64,000 nucleotides of DNA from Carpediemonas membranifera BICM (Eukaryota; Protista; Fornicata), in NCBI GenBank assembly GCA_019828565.1, contig JAHDYR010000012.1:1359780-1423779 (forward strand), written 5' to 3'. Numbering within the stretch: position 1 is the first letter of the stretch; each line of letters opens with the position of its first letter. The notes below the pieces were generated by a model, which saw nothing but the letters and a program-made list of their open reading frames with translations, did no database searches and had not been told where the DNA came from. Below, one piece after another: positions 20,812 to 31,800 of the stretch. The translations under genes and the position numbers were made by a program.

Positions 20812-21189
20812 GACCAGGAGGTCAAGGACATCGTCGAGGACCCCGCGATGGCCCAGATCCTCCAGAGCATGGCCAACCCGCAGGCCATGCAAGAGCACAT
20901 GAAGAACCCCCTCATCGCGGCCAAGATCTCCCGGCTGATTGCCGCGGGTATGGTCCAGACGGGGTCCCAGCCCATGTAAGCATGTAAATCGTTCCGTAGA
21001 TGACGAGTGTTGAGCGGGGTGCCTCTTGTGCGTCATGTCCCTGTGATCTGATCCAAGATATGGTACCACATTTTGTATCTCAAGATTGATGGAGTGACAT
21101 CACTAACCGAGCATATTCGGGTGCTGTATGAAGGTCATGTAGCACCACAGTGGCTGTTAGTGGTGTCACTTCACCAACCTGAAATGCGT
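20812..21189 (+). repeat. 378-bp direct duplicate of the STI1 3' end and downstream sequence (17942-18319)
   Basis: Reads as identical from GACCAGGAGGTCAAGG to GAAATGCGT; the copy abuts the start of the retroelement pile. Confidence 0.95.
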
Positions 21190-24140
21190 TGTTACCGCCT
21201 TCATGGACGATGGGGCGCGTTAGAGCGTGGCTGTGTCGTGGAGTCGCCAGTAGGGGCGGCGCTGGTGGAGCGGTGGGGGTGTTGAGGGGAAGGACACCCT
21301 CCACCTCGATCTGCTCGACCCCGTCTGTCACCACTGCGACAAGGGGTACTTGGTCAGTGGTACGGCCCCCATGGCGTGGGACTTAACCCGTGATCCCGCC
21401 TGGCTGGCTGGGCCGGATGCCTTTGGGAAGGCGCTCTTGATCTCAGGGAATTCATCTGCGCACCAAGCAAGGCCGAACTGGTTCGGCTTGTTGATCATGA
21501 TGTGCCGGGGCGAAGAGATTGGAACATTTACATAAACTGCGGACGTGGATGCCTTATGACATCCTACCCCCCTTAAGCTTGAGCTTGTGGGACTTGAGGT
21601 AGTCACGTGCCGCAGTGACGTGGCGGAGCCCGTCAGCGGGTTCCCATGTGGGATCGTAGTCGCCCTCCCAGCAGACGAGGAGCTGCAGTGTGCCGTTGCG
21701 GCGACGGTGCTTCTCGATGCCTTGCACGACGTACGTCTGCTCGTCGGAGGCGGCGAGGTTCTTCAGGCGGCTGAGCCCCGACTTGGTGTTGAAAGGAAGG
21801 ACCTGGTCTACGTGAGCCATGAAGGGGGCGCTCTCGAAAAGGTCGACCAGCTGAAGGGTGTTGTTGTCCTTGATGGCGAGAATCTTGAATGGGCCGGCGA
21901 AGCCATGCAGCTTTGGGGTCTTCGTCCGGTTGAGCAGGACGAGGTCGCCTTCCTTGAAGCTAGTCGGCTGGCGGTCGGCGTTGGCCTTGGCGAGGCGCTT
22001 GTCTACAGTCTCGCGCTGCTTCTCGGCCGCCCTAGAGGTCAACTTGGAGAGGTGGGCTCGAAGTAAAGTGATGTAGGCTGAGGCTGAGGCAAGGGGCGAG
22101 TCATTGTCGCTCGGTCGGAGGATTCTAGCGACTGTGGAGCTGGGGTCGAGTTGGTCTCCATACAGCATGGCGTGGGGTGTGACCCCAGTGGCGCTGCAGG
22201 TGGTTGTGTTCAGCAGCAGCTGAACTACCGGAAGGAGGTCGCTCCAACGGGAGAACTTGTCGAATTGGAGGATCAAACAGCGAAGATGCTTCATGACCTC
22301 CGCGTTACGACGCTCTACCAGCCCATTCGACTGAGGGTGGTAGGGGAGGTGAATTGCTGGGTGATGTCCGCGCTTTCGAGCAGGGCCTTGACGACGTTGC
22401 CGGTGAACTCAGGCCCGTTGTCGGACTTGATGAACAGGGTGTAGCTCTTCTAGGATCCTCAATGAACGAATGAACTGCTTTAACCTGCGGGGCAGACCCA
22501 ACTATAAATATCACATTACACCGCCTTCCCGTGGCTGACCCGCAGTCAAGTAGGCATCTAGCGCCTCCAGCCGAGCCACCACGTAGTAGGGCTCCCACGA
22601 GCTGGACCCGTCTGCCCACTCGACCCAGTACTCACGGCCCTGGACCTCGGAGTCCCGATGGTCCGTAATCCGGAGCACCATCAGCTCTGCAGCATCTCTC
22701 CCATTCAACTCCACTAACTGCTGTTCCGACAGTCGATCTGCTCGGAATGACTTCAGGCGGTCATTGTGAACGTCAATCTGCAAACTTGTGTCCTCCAGGC
22801 TCTGCAACTTGCATCCATGCTCCATTACCCCCAGAACCTTGTACGGTCCCTTCCATGTCGGCAATAGCTTCGCTGTTCGCACTCCTGGTAGTACCATGAC
22901 TAATTGTCCCACTGTCCAGGACGGCACTGTCCAACCCTGCATGCGCCGCTCACGTTGGGCCAACAAACGCTGCTGTACCTCATTGGCTTGCTTCCGAACG
23001 TCCCGTATGAATAGTTGCTGCTCCTGATCCGCCTCCTCTACGTCCAGTTGGATCTTCGCCTCCACCGCCCTTGGCATAGTGCCATGCGGCTCTGGGCCGA
23101 ACATGCCTTGCATAATAGCTGCGGCTGTCGTCCCTGTGGCGCTACAGAACTCAGTATTCAGCTGTCGCTGGACTATGGGGATATACTTGTGCCACTGCTC
23201 AGGCTCGCCCCAATCCAACACCATACCCCGCAACCGTGATAATACCCTGCGATTCGCCCGCTCACACCCTCCGTTCCCAGGGGGATGGTACGGGAATGTC
23301 GTCGTCTGGCCAGAGCCGAAACGTTGCAGGATCTCCTTGATAGTCTCGTTGAGGAACTCCGTCCCTTGATCGGAATGCAGAGTCTTCATGGGTCCGTGAC
23401 GCGCAATCCACCATGTTACAGCCTCTGCTGCTGACTCCGCTGTCTTGTCCTTGGTCGGGAAGATCTCCAGCCACCGGGAGAATAGGTCCACCATTACGAA
23501 CACGTACTTGTGACCCTCCTCGCTCTCCGGCGTCACCTTCATAGTATCGATTGCTACCTTCTGCATCGGGCCGTCAACCATCTCTGTGCCCATCTTCAAC
23601 TTCACAGTATCGACCGAGGCAAGCTTCTGACAGGTACAGGTCGAGACAAACATCTGCACCTGGTCCCACATTCCCTTCCAGTGGTACCCCTTGTGCTTAA
23701 GCGTGTGATACGTCGACAGACGCCCCAGGTGTTCGCCCTCGCCCTGGTGTGCCCATGTGATCAGTTGCACCTTGTCATCCTCCGTCAGCTCGCCCCGCGA
23801 TGCCCGTAGGCTCATCTCTCGGCGCCGCTCGGCGTCGGCCTGTGCCTCGCGAGAGTGATCCTCTCTGGGTTCCTCGACTTCGACTTCTTCCTCCGCGCTA
23901 TCCTGCACTGGTGAGTCTTCGTCGTCGCTCGCTATCTGGTAAAACTCATCGTCCATCAGTCGCTGCGGTGGTCTACGGGTCCTAGCGGGCCTATCGCTCC
24001 TTACTTGCTGTACAAATGCCCGTGACAGCGCATCCGCCACTACATTCTTCTCTCCAGCAACGTGAACCACGTTGAAACTGAATTCCTGCAGCAGTAGCTT
24101 CCAGCGTTGCACCTTCTGACTCGCGGCCTTCCGCTCCATA

Positions 24141-27100
24141 TGTGCCGAATCAAGGCAAGAACTGGTGAAGTGGTTTAAACTGACAAAACTCACTGGAGCA
24201 ACGAGACAGGAAACGCCACATCCTGCCCCTCCTCAAGATCCTTGAGGATTAGCTTGCCCTTGGGGTGGTTGGCCAGACTGGCCATCGGCTCCTCGGTGGC
24301 CTCCGAGGCCGGGAAGCCATCCCATTCGATCAGAAATGTGTGAGCGTCTCTGTCGCAAGACAGGATGCGGGATGGGAGGAACTCCTCCCGATCACCGACG
24401 GCAAACATTCGCATCTGCTCAAGCGTGGCGTCGGCGTCAAAGAGAAAGAGCTTGTCCTGGTGGACAGTGCGCTCCGACAAATCGACAAGATGCTGAATGG
24501 TGACAGCCTTGTTTTCCCCTATGCTGACCACCTTAAAGGGGCCAATGGCACCGTGGAGCTTGGTCTCTCTCTCGTTGGCTAGGAGGACGAAGTCGCCCGC
24601 TTTGAACTGCGCTGTGACAGCGGATCTTGACCTGATGATGCGCTCCTGCTTCGCCACCGCCTTCGCGCGCAGCCCGTCAAGGTACGACTGAATGTCGGAC
24701 ATGTAGTCGTCCAGAGAAGCCAGTGGCTCGGTCTCGGCCCTGTCAGCCGGCTCGTGTACAAACGTGAGGCCGGAGGGGTAGCCGAAGAGGAGTTGGTGCG
24801 GGGTGAACCCCGTTGCGGAGTGACGAGAGTGATTGATGACATGTTGCACGTACGGCACCAGCGGGGACCAGTTGCTGTGTGTGTTAAACTTCGCGCAAAG
24901 GAGGCGGAGATGCCGTTTGATCTCGTAATTCACGCGCTCTACGATCCCGTTCGACGCCGGGTGGTACGGCAGAGTGCGGTGGTGTGTAACGTTGAGGCGT
25001 CTGAGGAGGGCATTGAGGACCCTGTTCACAAACTCCGGGCCATTGTCAGTCCGAATTGTGGTTGGTAGGCCATGTCTGCCCATGATGGCGGTCCAAATTG
25101 CCCCTGCGACGGAGTCCGCGGTGTGGTTGGGCATGGGTACAAGCTCCACATAACGCGTGAATGCGTCAATGATGACCAGGATAAACCTGTTGCCCCATGC
25201 GTCTGTGTGAAGGGGGCCGACTGTGTCGACCGAGACGGTGTCAAACGGTGTGTGTACCATGGTGGACGCGAGAGCCGACTCTCTGAAACGGGCGAGTCGC
25301 GCCTTCTGGCACAGGGCACACTTGCTCACGTAAGAACGACAGTCGTCGATGACGGCTGGCCAGGTGAAACCCATCGCGCGTAGGTTAGCGGCTGTGTTGA
25401 CGGCGCCGGCGTGGTAGCGGTGGGCCTCGGCGATGAGCTTCGCCTTCAAGTCGGTAGCTCCCTCGGGGATAACGGCGACCCCATCGTGAACGTGGAGACC
25501 GTCGGCGTCAGTGGGCAGGCGCGAAACCGAGGGGTCGGCGGCCTGAGCTGCTCGCACCTCCGTGGACAGGTTGACGGCCGCAACCACGGGTGGCCGCGAC
25601 AAACTGTCGGCAACGACATTGTCTGCGCCCTTGACATGCTCGATGGAGTAGGGGTACTCCGCTAGTATCGTTCGCCAACGAGTGAGCTTCCGATTGCCTT
25701 CCTCGCTCTTGATGACCATAGTGACGAGGTTCTTGTGATCCGTGCGGATGAGGAAAGGTTTGAGCTTCAACAGAGGAGCTAAATCTGCCCGGGTAACACA
25801 ATGTATGATCCCGTATAGCTCCTGGTCCACAGTGGCCCATCTGCGCTGGGTTTCTGTGAACTTGTGCCCGAAAAAGGAGATGGGGAGTCGCGACTCGTCA
25901 TCGGAGACCTGCCATAACACACCGCCGCAGGCAACGTCGGAGGCATCCGTCTCCAGGATCCAGGTCTTAGAGACGTCCGGCAGAGCCAGAATGGTGTCGG
26001 CAGTCGCGCGGCGCTTCAGTTCAGCGTAGGCCGCATCGTGAACCTCCCCCCACTGCATGGTGATGTCTGCCTCGGGGCGGAGTAGTTGGTGGAGCGGCTC
26101 GGCGGCCTCGCTCAGCCCGTCGATGAAGCGGGCCAGGAAGTTAAACTTGCCGAGAACTCGGCGAAGCTCCTTGATGGTCGTGGGCCGTGGCATATCGAGC
26201 AGGGCCTGCTTACGGCTCTCGGAAACACGATGGCCATCGCGGTTGAGCACGAAACCGAGGGCTTCCGTCTCGGGTGCACCAAGGGTGCACTTTTCGGCCT
26301 TCAGCCGAAGACGGTGCTGGCGCAGGCGTGTCAGTAGTTGTCGTGTTCTGGCGAGGTACACTTCGGCGTCGTTGGCATAGTTCAATATGTCGTCGACGTA
26401 GACGCTCGTGCCCTCCACTCCGCGAAGGGCGTCATCCATTGCACGTTGGAAACGTCCAGGGGCGTTCGTGAGGCCAAAAGGAAGGCGCACGTACTCGAAC
26501 TGACCCCCTGGTACGACGAACGCCGTCAAGGAGCAGACAGAAGGGTCGAGGACCATCTGATTATACCCCGAACGCAGGTCCAGGCTGCCAAAGAACGAGC
26601 AACCTGATGCGCTGTTGATGAAATCACGGGTGTCCGGGAGCGGGTACGCGTCCTTGACCGTGACCGCGTTAAGGGCGTTGTAGGCCACGCAGAAGCGCTT
26701 CTGGCCGCCCTTCTTGTCCGTTAGAACGTGTGGGGACGCGACCGGGCTGACGCTCGGTCGTATGATGCCCTCGTCCAGCAGTCGCTGGATCTCCTGCTGA
26801 ATTACGTCGAGGTGACCCTTGATGGGTCGCGGCTTAGCCTTGGCAGTGAAAGGCTCCTCGAGTTCAAGTGTGAACGGTGTGAGGGTAGACCCCTCAGGCG
26901 GCAGGACGGGGTCGAACAACTCGCGGAACTCGTATACCAGGTCGACAAGCCGGTCGTGAAGCGGACCGTCAGGGATAGTGACCTTCTCAAGCTCCGCCGC
27001 AATGCGGACCTCGGCTTCTCGAGCGGGCTCGGCAGAGTCGGACCCAAGGTAGCCGATCGCCTCGATATCATCCTCATCGTCCGGTGGAGCCTCCGTCGGA

Positions 27101-28850
27101 ATGATCAGTGCCGAGTCAGTCAGCAGTCCTACCTCTCGGAGGACGTCCCGGCCCAGCAGTACGGAGTGCCCTTGGCCTTCCAGAACGGAGAAGTTCCAAG
27201 TTAGGGAGAGCGTCGTGTTGGCACCTGGCATGGTGAGCTGTAGAGGGACCTGGTCTGCTGCGACGGTCACCTGGTTGGCGACCTTCAGGTCGATGGTACC
27301 AACCGGGGAAGTCGGCTGCTTCGAAACAGCTGCGATAACATCGCGCGTACCCTCGCTGACACAACTGACCGCTGCGCCAGTGTCTAGCTCGGCTGTCCGG
27401 ACCCCGTTGAGGGTGATGTGGACCCGGATGGGCTTAGAGTCGGGGGTTGCCACCTGGTTCACAGGCGCCTCCACCGCATGGACGACCATGTTGGGGAACT
27501 TGTTCTGTGGCGGGTTCTGGCGGAGGCTCATGGGGTGTGTCTTGGTGGCGGCGGCTGGCTGAGTCGTCGCAGTCGGGGTGACAGTGATCTTAGGCTGGGC
27601 CAGCGAGCACTTGCTACGCTCGTGGCTTCCCCAGCGACCGTGAAGATCACACCACGTCATCCCCTCGAATGGCGGCTTCTTAGGGTCACACCATCTTGCG
27701 GCGAACGCGGCTGAGACCGCTGAATCGTCCTTCGAGCCCTTCGATGCTGGGGCTCTAGGGCCGTGGGTAGCTTTGGCAGCGCCCTGAGGTCTCGGTTGAG
27801 TGGGCGTGCGGGTGGTCGCGGGCGTCTTGGGTGCTGTAGCGGCAGACGGGGCGACCGAGGTTGACGTGGCAGGTGGTGCCACAGTGGCAGCCGGAGGTTG
27901 GACCTTGGGCTGTGTGGGAGTGTGGGCGTAAGTGGCGGCCCGTGTTGATGCGACCTCCAGGGCGCGGAGCTCGCTTACGAGGTCAGTGGCGAGCGCGGTC
28001 ACAGTCGTATACTTCTGGAGGGCCGTTAGGGTCTCCAGAACCGCACGTACCGTGTGTGGGGCCGCGCTCTTGCAGGATGACTCGAAGGACCGCAGGACTG
28101 CACGCTTCGGCAGCCGGTCGGAAGGGTCGAGCCAGCGGTGGAGAGTGTCGTGTTCGGCGGCCACCCAAGCGACCTGCGTTGCTAGCTCGTGGGGGCAGCG
28201 TCTATCAGTCCAGAGGGCGGTGCCCTTCTGGCCGAGCTGACGGAGGAGAAGTGTAGGGTCCTCCACGGCGAAGGCCGCTGCCACAGTCTTCTTGACCGTG
28301 GCAAGGTCCTCCTGGCAGACTGCCAACTCGGCTGCCAGGCTGGCGATCGTCGTAGGTGGAACAGCCGCTCGCAGGCTCCAGGCGGCATGCAGTTGCACCA
28401 AGGGCGCGAAGCGGGTGTCCAGGGCGAAGTGGTGACACCACTTGCCAAGGTTGGAGAGGATGCTCTCAGCAGTTGGGTACTGGAGCACATGGCGTTCGTA
28501 AGCCGCCAAGAATGCCCGCCAATGATCCTGGCTCAGGCTCGAAAGCTCCTGCCCGAAACGGGGGCGCTTTAGAGAGCTGAGCGGCACGGCAGGCGTAGTG
28601 GACACAACGGAGGATGAAAGTTGCTGACGAAGGGCATCTATCTGCCCCATCAAGTAATCGACGGACTTGGTGGGCGCAGAACTCTCGATGACAGTGACGA
28701 GATCCTCCTTAACATGAGTGGATGCAACATCGTCAACAACAGGTACCTCAATTTCCGATAATGTCGACATTGTGCCGAATCAAGGCAAGAACTGGTGAAG
28801 TGGTTTAAACTGACAAAACTCACTGGAGCAACGAGACAGGAAACGCCACA
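24141..28850 (-). mobile_element. Intact chromodomain Gypsy element C (4710 bp), 80-bp LTRs (24141-24220, 28771-28850), TSD CATA
   Basis: Identical LTRs, PPT GAGGAGGGGCAGGA, and a single uninterrupted ORF. Confidence 0.96.
24190..28770 (-). CDS. Gag-Pol polyprotein of element C (1526 aa)
   Basis: WCDLHGRWGSH..C knuckle, LDTGA protease, LPFGL..YVDD RT, ETDASD RNase H, HHCC, DTVGP/TDNG/VERVN integrase, GPF, chromodomain. Confidence 0.96.
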   Translation of the reverse strand: MSTLSEIEVPVVDDVASTHVKEDLVTVIESSAPTKSVDYLMGQIDALRQQLSSSVVSTTPAVPLSSLKRPRFGQELSSLSQDHWRAFLAAYERHVLQYPTAESILSNLGKWCHHFALDTRFAPLVQLHAAWSLRAAVPPTTIASLAAELAVCQEDLATVKKTVAAAFAVEDPTLLLRQLGQKGTALWTDRRCPHELATQVAWVAAEHDTLHRWLDPSDRLPKRAVLRSFESSCKSAAPHTVRAVLETLTALQKYTTVTALATDLVSELRALEVASTRAATYAHTPTQPKVQPPAATVAPPATSTSVAPSAATAPKTPATTRTPTQPRPQGAAKATHGPRAPASKGSKDDSAVSAAFAARWCDPKKPPFEGMTWCDLHGRWGSHERSKCSLAQPKITVTPTATTQPAAATKTHPMSLRQNPPQNKFPNMVVHAVEAPVNQVATPDSKPIRVHITLNGVRTAELDTGAAVSCVSEGTRDVIAAVSKQPTSPVGTIDLKVANQVTVAADQVPLQLTMPGANTTLSLTWNFSVLEGQGHSVLLGRDVLREVGLLTDSALIIPTEAPPDDEDDIEAIGYLGSDSAEPAREAEVRIAAELEKVTIPDGPLHDRLVDLVYEFRELFDPVLPPEGSTLTPFTLELEEPFTAKAKPRPIKGHLDVIQQEIQRLLDEGIIRPSVSPVASPHVLTDKKGGQKRFCVAYNALNAVTVKDAYPLPDTRDFINSASGCSFFGSLDLRSGYNQMVLDPSVCSLTAFVVPGGQFEYVRLPFGLTNAPGRFQRAMDDALRGVEGTSVYVDDILNYANDAEVYLARTRQLLTRLRQHRLRLKAEKCTLGAPETEALGFVLNRDGHRVSESRKQALLDMPRPTTIKELRRVLGKFNFLARFIDGLSEAAEPLHQLLRPEADITMQWGEVHDAAYAELKRRATADTILALPDVSKTWILETDASDVACGGVLWQVSDDESRLPISFFGHKFTETQRRWATVDQELYGIIHCVTRADLAPLLKLKPFLIRTDHKNLVTMVIKSEEGNRKLTRWRTILAEYPYSIEHVKGADNVVADSLSRPPVVAAVNLSTEVRAAQAADPSVSRLPTDADGLHVHDGVAVIPEGATDLKAKLIAEAHRYHAGAVNTAANLRAMGFTWPAVIDDCRSYVSKCALCQKARLARFRESALASTMVHTPFDTVSVDTVGPLHTDAWGNRFILVIIDAFTRYVELVPMPNHTADSVAGAIWTAIMGRHGLPTTIRTDNGPEFVNRVLNALLRRLNVTHHRTLPYHPASNGIVERVNYEIKRHLRLLCAKFNTHSNWSPLVPYVQHVINHSRHSATGFTPHQLLFGYPSGLTFVHEPADRAETEPLASLDDYMSDIQSYLDGLRAKAVAKQERIIRSRSAVTAQFKAGDFVLLANERETKLHGAIGPFKVVSIGENKAVTIQHLVDLSERTVHQDKLFLFDADATLEQMRMFAVGDREEFLPSRILSCDRDAHTFLIEWDGFPASEATEEPMASLANHPKGKLILKDLEEGQDVAFPVSLLQ

Positions 28851-31800
28851 CATATATAGCAAGTTCCGATGGTCCGTCTCTAGGCGGAAAGGATAGCCCT
28901 GTAGGTACATTCTCCAGCGCCGCACGCACTCAACGATAGCACAGCACTCTTTCTCACCCACAGTCCATCGTGTCTCTGCCCCTCTGAACGCCCGGCTATA
29001 GACAGCGACTGGTTCCTCGCCCTTGTCCGTCTCCATGCATAGAATCCCTCCCAGACCGATGTCCGACGCGTCTGTTCTGACTATCAACGGCTTCTTATAG
29101 TCGATGTGTCAGCTTCAGGTGGTCCGCGATCGCTCTCTTCACATCGCTGAACGCGGCTTGCCTCTCGTCTGTCCAGGCCGTCTGTCGGTCCTTGAGTGCG
29201 TCATTCAGTGGGGCCAAATGCATCGCTAGGTCGGGGTGAACCCCTGAACCAGTTCGCCAAGCCAATAAACCTCCGCAGCTGCTTCTGGGTGGTCGGCCGC
29301 TCGAACTCTTGCACTGCCCGAACCTTGTCGTCACTGATCCTGACACCGTCCTGGTCGATAATGTGTCCGAGGAACTCCACGCTCGACTGGGCAAACCTGC
29401 ACTTCTCCAGGTTCGCGCGCAGCCCGTGCTTCTTGAGTCGGTCAAGCACAGTCCTGATTCGATCTCTCATCTCTTCCCGTGAGTTCGCCATTATCAGGAT
29501 GTCGTCAATATATACCAACACACCGGGAATTCCCTTGAGTACGTCGTCCATCGCCGTCTGAAAGAACGCAGGAGCATTCTTCAACCCGAACGGCAGTCTC
29601 TCGAACTCGAACAGGCCGAACGGCGTGATGAACGCCGTCTTCGCGCGGTCTTGCTCCCGAACTGCGAACTGATTATATCCCGATGTGAGGTCCAGTGTCG
29701 AGAACAGCTTTGCCCCCGCCAATTGGGCTAGTAGTCTCTTCACGTCCTTCACGGGCGCGGCCAGGGTCTTCGTTGTCGCATTCAGCCGGCGGTAGTCGAC
29801 GCATAGTCGCCACGTGCCATTCTTCTTCTTAACCAATACGATAGGTGACGCGTAGCCGGACGTCGACCTCCGCACTATACCCTGCCTGAGCCACTCTTCC
29901 ACCTGCTTCTGCGCCACCTCTTCCATCACGGGAGATAGCTGTCTCGCGGGTTCTCGAATCTCTTGCTCCGTCATTAGGTCGATCGGGTAAGGCGGCGCCT
30001 TTGCCGGCTCTGGCCCTAGCGGCCCGAACACCTCGCCGAACTCAGTCAGCATTGAGCTAAGCTGAGGGTCCTTCTCGGCCAGACTGTGCCGGAGTTCCGC
30101 ATGTGCCTGCTGCACCCGGAACATCTCCTCCACTAGCTCGGCCTCTACTTCGCCCTCGTCCGCGTCGTCCGTGTCCTCTGCCAACAGGCCCAAGTCCTTG
30201 ACCGTTTGGAACGGAATCAGCGTGTCTGTCACTCCGGCACACCCATACACGGTCACCCGTGCCTGCACATACGTGCCGAGCCCTCGGGCCTTCGATCGCC
30301 CGATCCATACCTCGCACGCATTGTCTGGTCTTCGTCCGTCTCCTGTGAAAGTCTGGATCACCAGGTCGTCCGGAGGGTGACCTCTCGTGCCCCTGCGTGC
30401 ACCCGTGCGGCGACCCAGGCTGGGCTCGCCACAGCAACGTTCGCCCGCGTGTCGGGGCCGACGCGCATCCGCACCGCCGGCTTCTTCGGATTCACGCGAA
30501 CATCCATAACCAACTCCCACGTGTGTGCGTACTTCTCAGCCTTTACAGACTGCACCTTCCACCGCGGGTGACCTTCGGGGATAGGGCCCCGGGTCAGTCG
30601 GCCGTACTGCTTCTTGTCCTTGTCGTACTCCCGGTACCAGCCGTGGAGCAGCTCCGCATCCTTAGCCTGGCAGCGGCCAACCTTGTGACCCACTCCGCCA
30701 CAAGCATAACACTTGAACCTGGCCTCCCGTACACCCGCGCCTTGAGACGATGTCTGAGCCTCCTTCCGCTCAACCGGCTCATCTTGCCGGGTCTTGGCCT
30801 TCTTTCCCGGTCGGGTGACCAGGCCAGTGCGAAGCGCCTTCGCGATGCACTCATCGTAGTCCTCGGCGAGTTCCGCTGCCCGGGCCTGAACCTTCTCGAG
30901 GGTATCGTCGCTGACACCCTCCCTCTTCAGGTCCTCTGCGAGTGCTGTGTTCTGGATCAGCTTGCGGTACGTGCGGATAGTCTCCTTCGGCTTGGGCGTC
31001 GCCGACTCGGTCACGTACTCGAGGAACTGATTCACACGAGCGTTGACCAGCGAGACGCGTTCCTTAAGAGAGTCTCCCTTGTACGAGACCTCCACCTGCG
31101 CCATCTTGGTAAGTGTGTCCGCCGCGTCCACGGGCGACACGATGTTGGTCAGAGCGGTACGTAACTGGTCCTCCGCATCGACCGGGCCGCTCCTTCCCTT
31201 CAGCTCTGCCTCAACAGGCGCCACGAGTTGGGTCATCTTCCTGGTCCCACCAGCAGACTTGTACTCTGTGAAACGCTTGAGGAACCACCGCACACTGGCC
31301 TCCTTGAGGTCCCGCAGTGTTGGCGCCTCTTGGACGCTGGCCTCGAGCTGCACGTTACCACTTTTGGCTTCAAGAGCCGCAGTGAGCTTCTCGATCATCT
31401 GCGCCTGTCGTTCCGATAGGGCCATGAGCTTCTCTAGGGTTCCGCTTGATTCATTGTTGTTGTTAGCCATTGATCAATGTAGCTCTTCTAGGATCCTCAA
31501 TGAACGAATGAACTGCTTTAACCTGCGGGGCAGACCCAACTATAAATATCACATTACAAGGGGAGTCCCATGACGGGTAATCACCTGGCGCCAGAGGGCC
31601 TCTGACGCTGCATCAGCTGTGTTCTCGTCCGTCGCGGCCAACTCAGTGTAGCGAGTAAACATATCGACCATAACTGTGATGTATCTGGAGCCGACTGCGT
31701 CTGCCGGGATTGGACCAATAGTATCCACTGCGACAGTGTGGAACGGTTTGTACACTGCTGTTGTGCGGAGCTCTGCCTCGGCGAAGTTGCGTAGGCGAGC

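Larger units (their letters stand above)
22440..31558 (-). mobile_element. Chromodomain Gypsy element B, 81-bp LTRs (22440-22520, 31478-31558), TSD AGGG; inserted in A's integrase; frameshifted
   Basis: Identical LTRs. Gag 31470-30358 with CYACGGVGHKVGRC; RT YIDD (29201-30520); RNase H split by element C (TDHRNLLYM|ERKAASQKVQRW); integrase plus chromodomain to 22511. Confidence 0.93.
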
